This document shows positions 1 to 24,008 of a DNA stretch of 64,000 nucleotides, in pieces (position 1 is the first letter of the stretch; each line of letters begins with the position of its first letter). The translations under genes and the position numbers were made by a program. Under the pieces are notes generated by a model, which was not told where the DNA came from, did not search any database, and was given only the letters and a program-made list of their open reading frames with translations. The stretch comes from a virus: the IMG/VR virus record IMGVR_UViG_3300032240_003128; one strand, 5' to 3'.

Positions 1-13126
<13,126 letters not shown>

Positions 13127-13150
13127 GTATAAGGACTGAAAGGTGCTAAA

Positions 13151-16100
13151 TTGAGTCAAAATCTACCTCCGTCATCACAATATCCTAAAAAGTACGACAC
13201 AGATCGAACGCTTTTTCAGGTTTATAACACGACTGAAAGCGTTTTAATTGCAGCAGCAGAACAATTTGATACAACATTGTACATAAAGCCTGTTCCTGTT
13301 GATAAACCAGAAATCTGGGCAGATAACGGTTATGCCACAATTTCTGGAGAAGTTCTTTATTACGAAAATATAAGCAAAGATCAATACACAGGCAAAGTGA
13401 ATGCTTTGTTGAATTGCTTGCGTAATATCGGAGGCAAGAAGTCTAAATTTAATCCTGCTGGAACAGATATTCGTGGTTTTGTGATGGCGGAACATCACAA
13501 TCAGCTTGCCAGAGCAATCGTAAATACTGAAAACTTTATTGGCTATACAGAGACTCCAGATCAAAATACGCTTGATTGGAAGATTAGAAATCTTGCTGGT
13601 TTACAAGCAATCACTGATGATTCAAATTGTCCAGAGATAACATTCAATTATGTCATTTTAGAAAAAAGTCCAGTAACTGGAACAAAAATTTCATATGTAA
13701 TAACAATTAGTGGCACTGTGACTGATTTTGTTTTAGATTTTGGTGATGGGACAACTGAAAATAATTCTTTGTCTGGGACGCATTCTTATCCAGCTAATTT
13801 TGTTGTTGATCCAATACTAACTGTCAACAATGAAACTTGTAGCGAAGTGATATCAGGATTGGAAAGAGAAACGCCTAGACAAACAGAATTAAACGATCTT
13901 ATTCAAATACCAACTACTGTAACTACGTTACCGCTAATACCAAATATTCCGACATTTCCTGACTTGCCAATTGTGCCACCATCAGTAGTTCCCTTTGAAT
14001 TTACTATTCCTCCAATAGTCATACCAAGGCTAGGAGATTTTCCTTCTGTAATTAATTTTGATGGTAATATCAACATACCATCTATAATTTCAGTTGGACC
14101 TATTCCATCTGTGATTATTGTTGACAATATTCCTTCAGTCATAACAGTTTCTAATATACCAAGCGTCATTTCTTTAACTCCAATTAATGCTAACTTTAAT
14201 TTCAATGATTGCTTTAATGTTGCTGCTGGTCCAATTGATATTAGATCATTATGTACAGCAAATCCTTATCCTGCTCCATTTGGCAATGCGGGGACACTGT
14301 GTAACGGAAATCCTTCGATCAATAGTTTGAAAGTTACAATTGAGCAATTTAAATCTACAAAACCAAACGGAAAAATAGGCGATGTAAGAATTCTTTTAGT
14401 TGGTCCAAGTGGAACTGGAGTTTTGCTGTTTGCTTTAGGTGTAAATAGTTATACTGCTGCTAATTATATAAGTTTGACATTTGATGATAGTAGTGGTAGT
14501 TATATTTTACCAAACAATACATTGACACCATTGGCTGGAGGAACATATCATCCATCAGCTAATGGTTTTGAAAATGTGAACTTTTTAGCTCCGGCACCTG
14601 CTGGACCTTATGCTACATCATTATCAGCATTTTACAATGAACCACCATCTGGAAGTTATCAGTTATATGTGCAGAAATTTAATACAGATACAGGATATGC
14701 TGTATGTGCTAATGTGGGTGTAATAGGAACTGCAAGTTTAAATATTTGTGTTTCTGATAATATTTGCTTTACACCAACACCAACGCCAACGCCAACACCT
14801 ACACCAACGCCTAGTCCTACACCTAGTCCTACACCAAGCCCAACACCCGTTACACCAAACACACCACTTACTCCTTCGCAATTTCCTACACCAGTACCTA
14901 GTCCTACACCTAGTCCTGTACCTAGTCCTACACCTAGCCCTACACCTGTTCCTACGCCTAGTCCTACGCCTGTTCCAACGCCTACCCCTATACCCGGTCC
15001 TCCATTTCCAGCCAATTGTACCAATTGCACTTGTGAATATACATATTTGGAATCGGATGAATGGGCAGTAACGGACTTGTGCAGAAATAGAAGTAACGGC
15101 AGTGATGCTTTATGTGATCCAAATGATTGCGAATGTCAAGATCCACCTCTTACTCCGGGTTTTGTAGACGATATTAAATATTTGCCATGCAGGTCGTATT
15201 GCGGTGATTCGTGTTTGTGGACTTGGAATGGTTCTGCATGGGATAACACAGAGCCTTGTCTAAACGTAGGCTGTGAATGTGATACTCCGCAAACACCGGG
15301 CACAACACCGGAGCAAACCACTAATAAAGCTTGTTATGAGGTTAATTTATCATGTGGCGTTAGCTTTTGTGTTTATTCTTGGGACTTAGAAACAAGTGAA
15401 TGGGTATTGGATAGTGGCTGTTTAAATGAAGCTTGTTATTGTGAAGACCCTGCTCCTAGTTCCCCAGATGATCCTGAACAACCAAGAGTCACAACTTGTT
15501 TGCCAGATGGTGCAGATAATGCTTGTGGCGAAATTGGTCCGACTAAAGAATGCGTATGTTTATGTAGTTGGGACGTTGCTTTACAAATATGGGACACAGA
15601 TGGACAATGTCAAAACAGATCTGGTCCTCAAGAAATTTGTAATTGTTGTGGAAATTGTGAAACAGTTTGTTCAGAACTAGCTGATCCAGAGTATACCGAA
15701 AGAGGAAACCAATATGCATACGAATCATGCACTCCTTTGCCAGAACCTTGCGTAGTGTGTACTGGATATTGTCAATATAGATGTAATTCAAGTGATGAAT
15801 GGTATCTTGCAAGTGGCAGCAATTGTGATGGAGAAGGATGTGATTGCCCAGATCCTAGTACTGAACCATGCAGTTTTATTTCATCCGATCCTTATTTTGA
15901 AAGTTGTATTATTACAACACCTACACCAACACCTAGTCCATCACCAAGTCCAAGTCCAAGTCCAAGTCCTAGTCCCGCAGGTTGTTCTGGTTGTGTTTTG
16001 CAAATAAAATGTAATGGTTCTACATGGGCAATTGATCCTAGTAATATAAGTTGTCATACTCCCGGAAGCCCTACTGCTGTTTGCAACACGCCAGCAGGTG

Positions 16101-16837
16101 TTTGCACATGTCCATTGGTTGGCACAGCTTGTGAGGGAAGCACTTCTCAAGATTGCGATTGTGGTGGTGGCATAGGTTTTAACTTCAGCAGCAATGAGGA
16201 GCTTGTCAACAAAATTTACTACGCAGTAAAAGATCCTTTCATGACCAACGATGTTTGCAAATGCATTAACACAAATGCCGATGAAGCTTCTCTTTATTTT
16301 GAAAATCTGGGTGTATTTGGCACAGTTGAAGAGTGTAATAGATTTGCCAATAAACAAAATATTAGCTTATTGAAAGATAGGGAAAAATTGAAACAAATTG
16401 AGATTTCTATCAATTTGTACAAACAAAATCAAATAGAAAAATTATCAAATTATATTAATAATAATGCATCAAAAGAAATTAAAACACACATTGACGAAAG
16501 CGGAGAATTGAAAATTACAAAAAGAGTACAATCTACTCAAAAACCAGCAACATCTTCTCCTTTGAATATTCCAAAGATTCAATTTATGCCTGAAATTGCT
16601 CCAACAAGTATGACAATTGAACAGATCGATGATAACAAAGAAATAAAAGTTTTTGAAGATGTATCGATGATTCAAGATGTTAAAATAGATAAACTGAACA
16701 TTGAAAATAAAGAAGAAGATGTAAGAGAAGTTGAAAATGTTGCTGTTGATTTGATAAATGTTTTGAAAGCTAACACTTTGTTTAAGAGTGTAGACGATAC
16801 GGAAAAAGAATCTACACAATTTAAAGATAGAAATTAA
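13151..16837 (+). CDS. Large virion fibre-like protein: N-terminal YPxxxD/HHN module, PKD-like domain, IPS repeats, proprotein-convertase P-domain-like region, PT linker, Cys-rich repeats
   Basis: TTG start after AAAGGTG; DFGDG; repeated IPSVI; segment [11 protein letters not shown]...LTFDD...GTYHP...[15 protein letters not shown] resembles P-domains; repeated C-x3-C-x-W/Y-x-W...C-x-C-x2-P units. Confidence 0.75.
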   Translation: MSQNLPPSSQYPKKYDTDRTLFQVYNTTESVLIAAAEQFDTTLYIKPVPVDKPEIWADNGYATISGEVLYYENISKDQYTGKVNALLNCLRNIGGKKSKFNPAGTDIRGFVMAEHHNQLARAIVNTENFIGYTETPDQNTLDWKIRNLAGLQAITDDSNCPEITFNYVILEKSPVTGTKISYVITISGTVTDFVLDFGDGTTENNSLSGTHSYPANFVVDPILTVNNETCSEVISGLERETPRQTELNDLIQIPTTVTTLPLIPNIPTFPDLPIVPPSVVPFEFTIPPIVIPRLGDFPSVINFDGNINIPSIISVGPIPSVIIVDNIPSVITVSNIPSVISLTPINANFNFNDCFNVAAGPIDIRSLCTANPYPAPFGNAGTLCNGNPSINSLKVTIEQFKSTKPNGKIGDVRILLVGPSGTGVLLFALGVNSYTAANYISLTFDDSSGSYILPNNTLTPLAGGTYHPSANGFENVNFLAPAPAGPYATSLSAFYNEPPSGSYQLYVQKFNTDTGYAVCANVGVIGTASLNICVSDNICFTPTPTPTPTPTPTPSPTPSPTPSPTPVTPNTPLTPSQFPTPVPSPTPSPVPSPTPSPTPVPTPSPTPVPTPTPIPGPPFPANCTNCTCEYTYLESDEWAVTDLCRNRSNGSDALCDPNDCECQDPPLTPGFVDDIKYLPCRSYCGDSCLWTWNGSAWDNTEPCLNVGCECDTPQTPGTTPEQTTNKACYEVNLSCGVSFCVYSWDLETSEWVLDSGCLNEACYCEDPAPSSPDDPEQPRVTTCLPDGADNACGEIGPTKECVCLCSWDVALQIWDTDGQCQNRSGPQEICNCCGNCETVCSELADPEYTERGNQYAYESCTPLPEPCVVCTGYCQYRCNSSDEWYLASGSNCDGEGCDCPDPSTEPCSFISSDPYFESCIITTPTPTPSPSPSPSPSPSPSPAGCSGCVLQIKCNGSTWAIDPSNISCHTPGSPTAVCNTPAGVCTCPLVGTACEGSTSQDCDCGGGIGFNFSSNEELVNKIYYAVKDPFMTNDVCKCINTNADEASLYFENLGVFGTVEECNRFANKQNISLLKDREKLKQIEISINLYKQNQIEKLSNYINNNASKEIKTHIDESGELKITKRVQSTQKPATSSPLNIPKIQFMPEIAPTSMTIEQIDDNKEIKVFEDVSMIQDVKIDKLNIENKEEDVREVENVAVDLINVLKANTLFKSVDDTEKESTQFKDRN

Positions 16838-16840
16838 AAT

Positions 16841-17734
16841 ATGCAATTCTACAAAACATTTAAAGTAAATCTGCCATCAGGCAAAGAGAAAAACATTGTA
16901 ATAAAATCTCATAAAAATAAAAATGAATATTTTTTTACAGACGACAAAATCTGGGTAAGAAATTTTGCCAAAACAAATGTGAAACCTTCAGATATTAATA
17001 ATTTTTATTCTGAAGAAGAAATTCAAATGCTTTTAAATAATGAAGTAAAAAACAATGAAATACAAACTCTTGACTTGATGAGCGAAATTAAAGATTTTAA
17101 AAAATTATTAATTATATCTGATGGATATGGTTTTAAAGACGCAAGCACATGGTTAGATCAAATTCCTAATGATGTAAAGATTATTGCGAATTATGGTGCA
17201 TGTCGTTTTTGGAATTCAAAAAGATTGCCTAACTACATGCTTGTGACTAATCCATTTGATGATGCGTTGGTATATTTGCCTGAAAAAATATTTCCAATGT
17301 TGATTGCTAGTTCAAGAACTAATCCCAATTTTTTAAGAAGATATGCGAACACTATAATCAAATATTTTCCAACTCCTGATGAAAATTATGAAAGCCATTC
17401 CAGTCATAATAATCCAATGCGTATTGATGAATATAGAAACTCAATAGCAGCTTCTGTTAGCGTAGCGTTCAAAATGAACTGTGAAAAATTATTAATTGCA
17501 TATCCAGTTAATGCTTACGAGAAGCAAAGACCTGCTACAGAAAAAATAGAAGAAAATGAATTGTATTATTATCCTCAGCAGAAAATTTCTTGTAATATAA
17601 TAGATGCTAATTTGTTTTGGTACAAATTAGGAAAACCTAATGCAAATATTTGTTACTCAGGAATAAAAAATTCTTTAAAGTTTGCTAACTACATTGAAAC
17701 TAATATGATAAGAAATTTTTATGAATACAAATAA
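16841..17734 (+). CDS. Hypothetical protein, possible MAF/DUF115-like (glycosylation-associated) fold
   Basis: LLIISDGYGF, IIANYGA and PNYMLVTNP loosely resemble that family. Confidence 0.35.
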   Translation: MQFYKTFKVNLPSGKEKNIVIKSHKNKNEYFFTDDKIWVRNFAKTNVKPSDINNFYSEEEIQMLLNNEVKNNEIQTLDLMSEIKDFKKLLIISDGYGFKDASTWLDQIPNDVKIIANYGACRFWNSKRLPNYMLVTNPFDDALVYLPEKIFPMLIASSRTNPNFLRRYANTIIKYFPTPDENYESHSSHNNPMRIDEYRNSIAASVSVAFKMNCEKLLIAYPVNAYEKQRPATEKIEENELYYYPQQKISCNIIDANLFWYKLGKPNANICYSGIKNSLKFANYIETNMIRNFYEYK

Positions 17735-17999
17735 ATTTGTTTACGATTTCAAAAAATGGCTAAAATCTCAAAATGAATTGCATGAGAATAGTAAGTTAGT
17801 TGGATCTGTAGTTATGACAAAGTTGTCTTTAAAACATTTTTGTGAAGTGGCAGATGTTATTGATGGAAATGTAATGAGAGTTGGTAAACACTTTATTAAA
17901 AATGGTGGAGTAGTTGAAGAAATTGTAGAAAATCAAGTTTTGATTAAATGTGGTAAAAATAAATTTTATTTAAATGTAAATGATGTAATAGAAAGCTAG
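17721..17999 (+). CDS. Small hypothetical protein, possible internal head protein
   Basis: Overlaps the upstream stop; N-terminus DFKKWLKSQNELHE resembles capsid-targeting leaders. Confidence 0.55.
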   Translation: MNTNKFVYDFKKWLKSQNELHENSKLVGSVVMTKLSLKHFCEVADVIDGNVMRVGKHFIKNGGVVEEIVENQVLIKCGKNKFYLNVNDVIES

Positions 18000-18024
18000 G
18001 GCAATCATAAGAATGCCCTAGCTT
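17993..18024. terminator. Bidirectional intrinsic terminator between convergent genes
   Basis: AAGCTAGGGCA-N10-TGCCCTAGCTT perfect 11-bp stem with A/T flanks. Confidence 0.8.
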
Positions 18025-18033
18025 GTTTTAAGT

Positions 18034-18537
18034 TTACTTTTCAGTTGTCAACTTTTCTTTCTTAGATTCAATTTTAATAACATCTTCTTTCTTAGCATCT
18101 TTCATAAAAGCAGCAGAAGCTTCTTTAATTTTAGTTTCAGGTTTAGAAGTACAATTTCCATCTTCAGTTGCTTTGTGGTAACCAGCTTCAAAAGCTGATT
18201 CGCTTTGCTGTTCAATCTGAGAGGTTCCACGATAATAGCCATCATGCCAAATGCGGCTATATTCATTATCATCAGACATCTTGATGTTGTTGATTGCGCT
18301 TACAATTCCATCCAAGCGTCCTTGACCTCTTGCAATTTCAATATTTTGTTCACGCATGTCAGTAATCATCTTGACAAGATTGTCACGCATCTGGTCATCA
18401 TTAATACGAGAACGCTCTCTTTCGCACTCCATAAGGAATTCAATCCTCTTGGAAGAAGTGTGTTGGTAGGCGTTCAATCCACCAAGACTCAAAACAGCAA
18501 CACTTAAAAAACCAAAACCAACATACGACATAGACAT
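18034..18537 (-). CDS. Membrane-anchored coiled-coil hypothetical protein
   Basis: N-terminal hydrophobic helix; SD-like GGAAGGGG; upstream TTGACA-N17-TAATAA. Confidence 0.7.
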   Translation of the reverse strand: MSMSYVGFGFLSVAVLSLGGLNAYQHTSSKRIEFLMECERERSRINDDQMRDNLVKMITDMREQNIEIARGQGRLDGIVSAINNIKMSDDNEYSRIWHDGYYRGTSQIEQQSESAFEAGYHKATEDGNCTSKPETKIKEASAAFMKDAKKEDVIKIESKKEKLTTEK

Positions 18538-18609
18538 TGTTGTCCCCTTCCTTGTAACAAGTCACACATGAGCGACCTTATTATTAACACAAAAATTTTT
18601 CTATGTCAA

Positions 18610-18768
18610 CTACTGTTTCATAAGAATTTTTAGCAACTCTTCAATCAAAATTTCTTGATAAATGTCAGATGGACCTAGACTTTTTGAGAAATTTTTTATA
18701 CCATGAATTCCATGAACAATTTTTTCATTATTATCAATCGGAGGTAATTCCTTGTCTTGTTCACTCAT
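18610..18768 (-). CDS. Small hypothetical protein (52 aa, MSEQDKELPPIDNNEK...LLKILMKQ), not in the ORF track
   Basis: Read manually from ATG (18768) to TAG (18610); fills an otherwise empty gap. Confidence 0.45.
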   Translation of the reverse strand: MSEQDKELPPIDNNEKIVHGIHGIKNFSKSLGPSDIYQEILIEELLKILMKQ

Positions 18769-19363
18769 TGAGAATGTATCCAATTCTGTAAATAATTATT
18801 GCATATATATATCTTCTAACAATCCAGAACATTGCATGCAACTCAATTTATTAACTCCCAATATTACAAAAAAATACAAAAATATAAATTTATATTTTTT
18901 AACATCGAAAAAAATAATTAATGAGTTCAAATTACCAAATAATTTTATTGATGAAGATTTTTTTTCTTTAAATAGAAGTAAATTCGGGCATATTGAAGAA
19001 TTACAAATTATTCCAAAAATTGACATAATAGAAAATTATTGTAATAAAAATGATATAGAATTATGCGTAAACAATGAAATGCCGTATTCATCAGGCAAAC
19101 ATATTGTGGTGTATACCCAGTCGCATAATCATCGCAAATCTTTATCAGAATTACACTTAGATAAACTGAAAAAAATATTTGGACATACTTTATATGTAGA
19201 TCCTGAAAATTTAACAAATGCCAAATATGTGTTAGGTCCAGAATGTTGTCAAATTTTTGAATCAGCGGCAAAAAAAATACCGACTTACATCATAACTAAT
19301 AATGGAAACTATGCAGAATTATTTTTAAAAATGTTTCCTAAGCATAAAAAATTAGAGTTATGA
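18752..19363 (+). CDS. Hypothetical protein, possibly a degenerate GT-B/GT9-like fold (start uncertain)
   Basis: C-terminal YVLGPECCQIFESAAKKIPTYII resembles the GT9 C-terminal motif. Confidence 0.35.
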   Translation: MSCSLIENVSNSVNNYCIYISSNNPEHCMQLNLLTPNITKKYKNINLYFLTSKKIINEFKLPNNFIDEDFFSLNRSKFGHIEELQIIPKIDIIENYCNKNDIELCVNNEMPYSSGKHIVVYTQSHNHRKSLSELHLDKLKKIFGHTLYVDPENLTNAKYVLGPECCQIFESAAKKIPTYIITNNGNYAELFLKMFPKHKKLEL

Positions 19364-19404
19364 ATATATATAGAATAGAAATCTTCATATGAAGGAGTTT
19401 AATA

Positions 19405-20010
19405 ATGAGCGTATTTAAAGTAAAATTAAATCAGGGACCACAAGGGACTTTGGATATCAATCCAGCTACTGGTCTTGAATTCACCACTTCTGTTCAGCGC
19501 ACTATGTATGTTGCTGGACCAAATGGTAAAATTCGTGAAATCCGTGACGGTACAACCTTCACCGATTGCAACTACTGGAAGCGTTTTGCAGTTCCAGCTG
19601 CATCTTCTGATAATGCTTTCATCGAAGTTATAACTGATGATGGTAGTGTTTATAGCGATGTTGCTAGCGAAAACACTTATCCAGCAGTTACCAACATTAC
19701 CCTTGCTTCTGGCAAGACTCTTGTTTCTTCTGGCAGCATTATCGACATTGCTGGCACCACTGGCAATTTTGCTTCCTTTATGCAGCTTACCAATGCTGGC
19801 GCTCTTGCTTCTGGTAACAATGCAATTGTTCAGCTTAATGGTAATTCTGGCGCTATCTTTGTTCTTGAAGGTGGCAGCACTCAGGTGTTCAATGGTGGCG
19901 ATGTTTCCATCAATAGAGTTGCTATTGCTCCTCAATTCCCAGCTTCTGGCGCAGTTGGTAGCTTCCAAATTGAAGCTCTTTATTCTATTGTTTCTCAATG
20001 CAACAGCTAA
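19405..20010 (+). CDS. Probable abundant virion structural protein
   Basis: Strong SD AAGGAG, upstream TATATA, biased codon use, Gly/Ala/Ser/Thr-rich beta composition, own terminator. Confidence 0.55.
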   Translation: MSVFKVKLNQGPQGTLDINPATGLEFTTSVQRTMYVAGPNGKIREIRDGTTFTDCNYWKRFAVPAASSDNAFIEVITDDGSVYSDVASENTYPAVTNITLASGKTLVSSGSIIDIAGTTGNFASFMQLTNAGALASGNNAIVQLNGNSGAIFVLEGGSTQVFNGGDVSINRVAIAPQFPASGAVGSFQIEALYSIVSQCNS

Positions 20011-20030
20011 CTTAATTGTTAAAAATTAAC

Positions 20031-20072
20031 AAATAGTGCTCGCAATTTAAATTGCGGGCACTATTTTTATTT
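20031..20072 (+). terminator. Intrinsic terminator
   Basis: AAATAGTGCTCGCAAT-TTAA-ATTGCGGGCACTATTT stem followed by a T-rich tract. Confidence 0.85.
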
Positions 20073-20073
20073 T

Positions 20074-21030
20074 GTGAAAACATTAGGATTGAAAAAAGAA
20101 ACCACCAATAGCATTAAACATTACTGGTCTATAAAAGATAAAATTTGCATTTATAGAACATGTGGTGGTTATGGTGATATTTTGATGTCTAGGATGATTT
20201 TTGAAGACTTTAAAAAGAAATATCCGCACTTTCACATCACTTACGCTGTCCCGCAAACTTATTTGGAAATAACAAAAAATCATCCATATATTGATGATGT
20301 CATAGATTTGGCAAAACTAGATAAGAATCAATACAATTCTATATTCAATATAACTCACAATTGTTTAAGATATGAAGTTTCAACAGGAAAAGATTGCGAT
20401 AAAAATCGAAGTGATATATGGGCAGAATCTTTTGGTCTTAGTTTAGAAAATCACAACATGCATCTTCCTAATTTAGATAAAAACAAAGACTATATAATTT
20501 CTCAATTTAAAAAGCATGGATACAAAGAAGGTCAAAAAATAATACTTTTTACACCTTACAGTGCTGTTCCAACAAGACATTTAACTTCTGATCACAAACA
20601 AATAATAGAATGTTTACTAGCTAGAACAAATGCTTTTTGTTTTTGTTTGCATAGTACTGTTGTTTTAGATCAGCCTAAAATGCCATTTATTATTGGAAAA
20701 AATTTAATTGAAGCAATGAGTTATGTCTATTTTTCTGACCTAGTTATCAGTACTGATACTGGTCATTTACATTGTGCTGGTGGATATGATAAGCCAACTC
20801 TTGGATTTTTCAATTATACAAATGGTCTAATGGTTGGCAAACATTACAAAAACTTAACAGTTGTGCAAAAAACAAAAGAAAACGATAGCAATTGGAATTG
20901 TGGACCTTGTAATGATATTGGGAAATGTCCATATCCTGTAATAAACCATACACTGAAATGTTCGAGAGAATTGCCTGACAAAATAGTTGAATCCAAGGCA
21001 ATTAACTTTCTCAATAAATTTTGCGTTTAA
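20074..21030 (+). CDS. Glycosyltransferase family 9 (heptosyltransferase-like)
   Basis: GGYGDILM; NHPYIDDVI; SDLVISTDTGHLHCAGGYDKPTLGFF; C-terminal CGPC. Confidence 0.85.
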   Translation: MKTLGLKKETTNSIKHYWSIKDKICIYRTCGGYGDILMSRMIFEDFKKKYPHFHITYAVPQTYLEITKNHPYIDDVIDLAKLDKNQYNSIFNITHNCLRYEVSTGKDCDKNRSDIWAESFGLSLENHNMHLPNLDKNKDYIISQFKKHGYKEGQKIILFTPYSAVPTRHLTSDHKQIIECLLARTNAFCFCLHSTVVLDQPKMPFIIGKNLIEAMSYVYFSDLVISTDTGHLHCAGGYDKPTLGFFNYTNGLMVGKHYKNLTVVQKTKENDSNWNCGPCNDIGKCPYPVINHTLKCSRELPDKIVESKAINFLNKFCV

Positions 21031-21043
21031 ACTATATTAAATT

Positions 21044-21286
21044 GTGGCACAGTTAATAAAACCAACAGAAGTTAGCATTAAAACCGTAAATGGTGAAGTT
21101 TTATTAAACATAAAACTAGATATTAATATTAACTTAACTCAAAATAATATTACACCTGATGTTGTGACTGAGAATAAAGTTGAAAACAAATTAGAAGAAA
21201 AGAAAAAAGAAGAAAAATCTTTGTGGGAAATTCCTGACTTTGTTAGTGTCCCAAAAATAAAATTTGGAAGTAAGGAGCAATCATGA
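21044..21286 (+). CDS. Small hypothetical protein, first gene of the actin-like operon
   Basis: GTG start 5 nt after CTATATT; ATGA overlap with the next gene. Confidence 0.65.
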   Translation: MAQLIKPTEVSIKTVNGEVLLNIKLDININLTQNNITPDVVTENKVENKLEEKKKEEKSLWEIPDFVSVPKIKFGSKEQS

Positions 21287-22284
21287 GTCTTGGTTTTGAT
21301 CCGGGTACATTTTCACTTATTTGCGCTAAAAGAAACAAAAAGGAAATTGAGTTTAACAAAGGAATAAATGCGTTTATAGAGATTCCTTTAGAAAATCCTT
21401 TCTTGTTCAATATGATGAAAAATTCTGGCGTTCCTTTGATTGAAAAAGATAATATTGGATTTGTTCTTGGTGAATCTGCTGTAAACATGGCTTACACGTT
21501 AGCTTCTCTAGAATTAAAGCGTCCAATGTCAGAAGGATGCGTCAATCCAAAAGAAAAGAGCGCATTTGAAATTCTACAGATCATGATTCATTCCTTGATT
21601 GGCGAAATTGATAAAGATGAAGAAAAAATTTATTATTGCGTTCCAGCAAATGCCGTTAATGTAGAAACAGATGCAGATTACCATCAAAAGATTCTTCACA
21701 GCATATTTAAGAGTTACAGAAGCGAAACTGGTTACAAATTAAATCCGCATCCAATAAATGAAGCTTTAGCTGTCATCTATGCAGAACTACAAAAGAAAGC
21801 TTATACAGGTATTGGAATATCGTGCGGAGGCGGAATGGTAAACGTCTGCTATGCGATGTACGGTAATCCAGTATTCCAGTTTGCAATTGTAAATTCAGGT
21901 GACTGGATTGACAAACAAGCTGCAAAAGCAACTGGTGAAAGCACAACTGTTATTAATAAAGAAAAGCTCAATGTAGATTTGTCTAAAGAGCCTAAGAACA
22001 TGATTGAAAGGGCGATTGGCACCCAATATAGGATCATGATTGAAAAGACCGTCCAAGGCATCAAAAACGGGCTTGCAAACGCAAAAACAAATGTTAGGTC
22101 TGCTGGAGCAATTGACGTTGTTGTTGCTGGTGGTACATCCTGTATTGCAGGATTTGATGTAATTTTTAAAGACGCAATGAAAAATGCTGGACTGAGTATT
22201 GAACTTGGTGATATTACAAGAGCAGAAAATGCTCAACATACAATTGCTAAAGGTTGTTTAATTGCTGCGGAGAATTCAAACTAA
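21283..22284 (+). CDS. Actin-fold ATPase (MreB/MamK/ParM-like)
   Basis: Phosphate-1 motif GFDPGT; connect YYCVPA and INEALAVI; phosphate-2 GISCGGGMVN; adenosine motif VVAGGTS; C-terminal AKG. Confidence 0.85.
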   Translation: MSLGFDPGTFSLICAKRNKKEIEFNKGINAFIEIPLENPFLFNMMKNSGVPLIEKDNIGFVLGESAVNMAYTLASLELKRPMSEGCVNPKEKSAFEILQIMIHSLIGEIDKDEEKIYYCVPANAVNVETDADYHQKILHSIFKSYRSETGYKLNPHPINEALAVIYAELQKKAYTGIGISCGGGMVNVCYAMYGNPVFQFAIVNSGDWIDKQAAKATGESTTVINKEKLNVDLSKEPKNMIERAIGTQYRIMIEKTVQGIKNGLANAKTNVRSAGAIDVVVAGGTSCIAGFDVIFKDAMKNAGLSIELGDITRAENAQHTIAKGCLIAAENSN

Positions 22285-22710
22285 ATGAACAAAGAAATTA
22301 GAGATATTGGAATAGCAGCATATCTTGTCATGCATGAATTCAAATTGCATGATAAGAAAGAAAAGAATTTTATTTTTTCAATAGATCCAAATGATCAAAA
22401 AAAGTTTGAAGATTTGAAAATTAGCTATTTATCCAGTGAGTTCCATCATTTTGATTCATGTATCATGAGTCTAAAAAAACTGGAAGAATATGCTTTTGAA
22501 TTAGGTAGTGATTTCTTCACAAACGATCTTGGATGTGCTGCTTACATTCTCATGCACAAATTCAGACTTCTTGGCAAGAAGCACAAATATTTTTATTTTG
22601 AAATTCCACTAGAAGAAGAAATTCAATTTAGAGAAATTATGATTCAGTACAGCGGAAGTGAATTCCACAGTTTTGACAGTAAATTAATGTCTTTAAAGAA
22701 AATTATTTAG
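22285..22710 (+). CDS. Tandem two-repeat protein, DUF5659-like
   Basis: DIGIAAYLVMHEFKL...SSEFHHFDSCIMSLKK is repeated as DLGCAAYILMHKFRL...GSEFHSFDSKLMSLKK. Confidence 0.65.
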   Translation: MNKEIRDIGIAAYLVMHEFKLHDKKEKNFIFSIDPNDQKKFEDLKISYLSSEFHHFDSCIMSLKKLEEYAFELGSDFFTNDLGCAAYILMHKFRLLGKKHKYFYFEIPLEEEIQFREIMIQYSGSEFHSFDSKLMSLKKII

Positions 22711-22996
22711 CCATTAGTTTTTCTAAATCGTTAATATTTTCAGGTGGTTTTTGCTTTTTTGTAACTACAACTTCTTCTTCACAAATAGCTACCAAGTGAG
22801 AAATGTTTATAAAATTCATTTTTTCTCCTTGGTAAGATTTGTAAAAAATTCCGTCTTCATTTATTTCTGTGGGAAATCCAACAAAATAAATAAGCTGTTT
22901 ATCCTCTTGCATGTTCCTTTGATGAACAGAAGTAAACAGACTACAAGGCTTGCCAATAAAATGTTGTAACTGCTTAACTGTTGTCCTATTATCCAT
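22703..22996 (-). CDS. Small hypothetical protein (possible Sm/SH3-like barrel)
   Basis: Directly follows the primase; beta-strand-like pattern. Confidence 0.55.
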   Translation of the reverse strand: MDNRTTVKQLQHFIGKPCSLFTSVHQRNMQEDKQLIYFVGFPTEINEDGIFYKSYQGEKMNFINISHLVAICEEEVVVTKKQKPPENINDLEKLMAK

Positions 22997-22997
22997 G

Positions 22998-23951
22998 TTA
23001 AACCTCTAGTTCTTTTTCAGCCAACTTAATATATTGAAACAACATGTTTTTGCCGTGTTTAATCAGAAATTCATTCCAATCTTTGATTTCTTGTGGCGGA
23101 TGAACAAATGTGACTTGACATCCAAATGATTTCAATAATTTAGCAGATGTTTCTATAGCTGTTTTACCAGCTTCATCGTTATCGAATGAAAGACATATCT
23201 TTTTATTAGATAGTATAGAAGCTTGTTTCACTGATACAAACTTTCCACCTATCGCACAAGCAACAATTTCTTTGTTGCAAATAGAAAGACAATCAAATTC
23301 TCCTTCACAAACATATATTTTTTGATTATTTTCAAACCATTTTGGAAAAAATATAACATCTGATTTACCTATGTCATGTTCATCTTTTGGAGGACCAAGA
23401 TAACGTAATTTATTTTCAAACAATGCTCTACCATTATAATAAATCCAATCACCAGTTCTGTTTTTATAAGGAATGATGATTCTATTTTTCATTCTTCCAT
23501 CTATTCCTAAGTAAAATATATCTTGACTTATCAGTCTTAATTGCAAGTATTCTTTAGCTTTATTCTTTAGCCACGAAGGAGCTTCATTTATTGGCACAAT
23601 GCTGTCTGGTATCTGTAAGATTGAGAACTCTTCTTGAGGTAATAATTCTATGTTTGCGCCTTCAAATTCTATTTCAAACTTTTCAAAAAATTTATTTTTT
23701 TTAATTCCAAGTGTTTCTAATGCGCTGTCATAATTACAATTATCTACTTTCATCACTAGTGCAACAACTGTTCCTTTATTGTTGCTTTTGAAACAATTGT
23801 AAACGCCTTTCCAGAATTTTTTAATATTGCAATAAAGATGATGTTTGTTATCTTCACAGAAAGGTGAATTAAATCTAATCTGATCACCTTTGATAATAGG
23901 TTGACCAATTTTATGGTCAGCCCATTTAATGAAAAGATCGTGATCAATCAT
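22998..23951 (-). CDS. dnaG: DNA primase (DnaG-like, TOPRIM)
   Basis: N-terminal zinc-binding remnant (SPFC...YNCF); RIIIPY..YNGR; TOPRIM motifs VCEGEFD and FDNDEAG. Confidence 0.9.
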   Translation of the reverse strand: MIDHDLFIKWADHKIGQPIIKGDQIRFNSPFCEDNKHHLYCNIKKFWKGVYNCFKSNNKGTVVALVMKVDNCNYDSALETLGIKKNKFFEKFEIEFEGANIELLPQEEFSILQIPDSIVPINEAPSWLKNKAKEYLQLRLISQDIFYLGIDGRMKNRIIIPYKNRTGDWIYYNGRALFENKLRYLGPPKDEHDIGKSDVIFFPKWFENNQKIYVCEGEFDCLSICNKEIVACAIGGKFVSVKQASILSNKKICLSFDNDEAGKTAIETSAKLLKSFGCQVTFVHPPQEIKDWNEFLIKHGKNMLFQYIKLAEKELEV

Positions 23952-23971
23952 GAATTTAAACCTTTCATTCT

Positions 23972-24000
23972 ATATTATTAAAGTACCATATTAAGGTCAA
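23972..24000 (-). promoter_or_regulatory. Sigma70-type promoter for the primase
   Basis: Minus strand TTGACC-N17-TAATAT, then AAAGG before the ATG. Confidence 0.6.
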
Positions 24001-24008
24001 GGTGTTCA

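Noticed and set aside
19426-19998. 190-aa antisense ORF
   Set aside because: Mirror of a codon-biased + strand gene that has an SD, promoter element and terminator.
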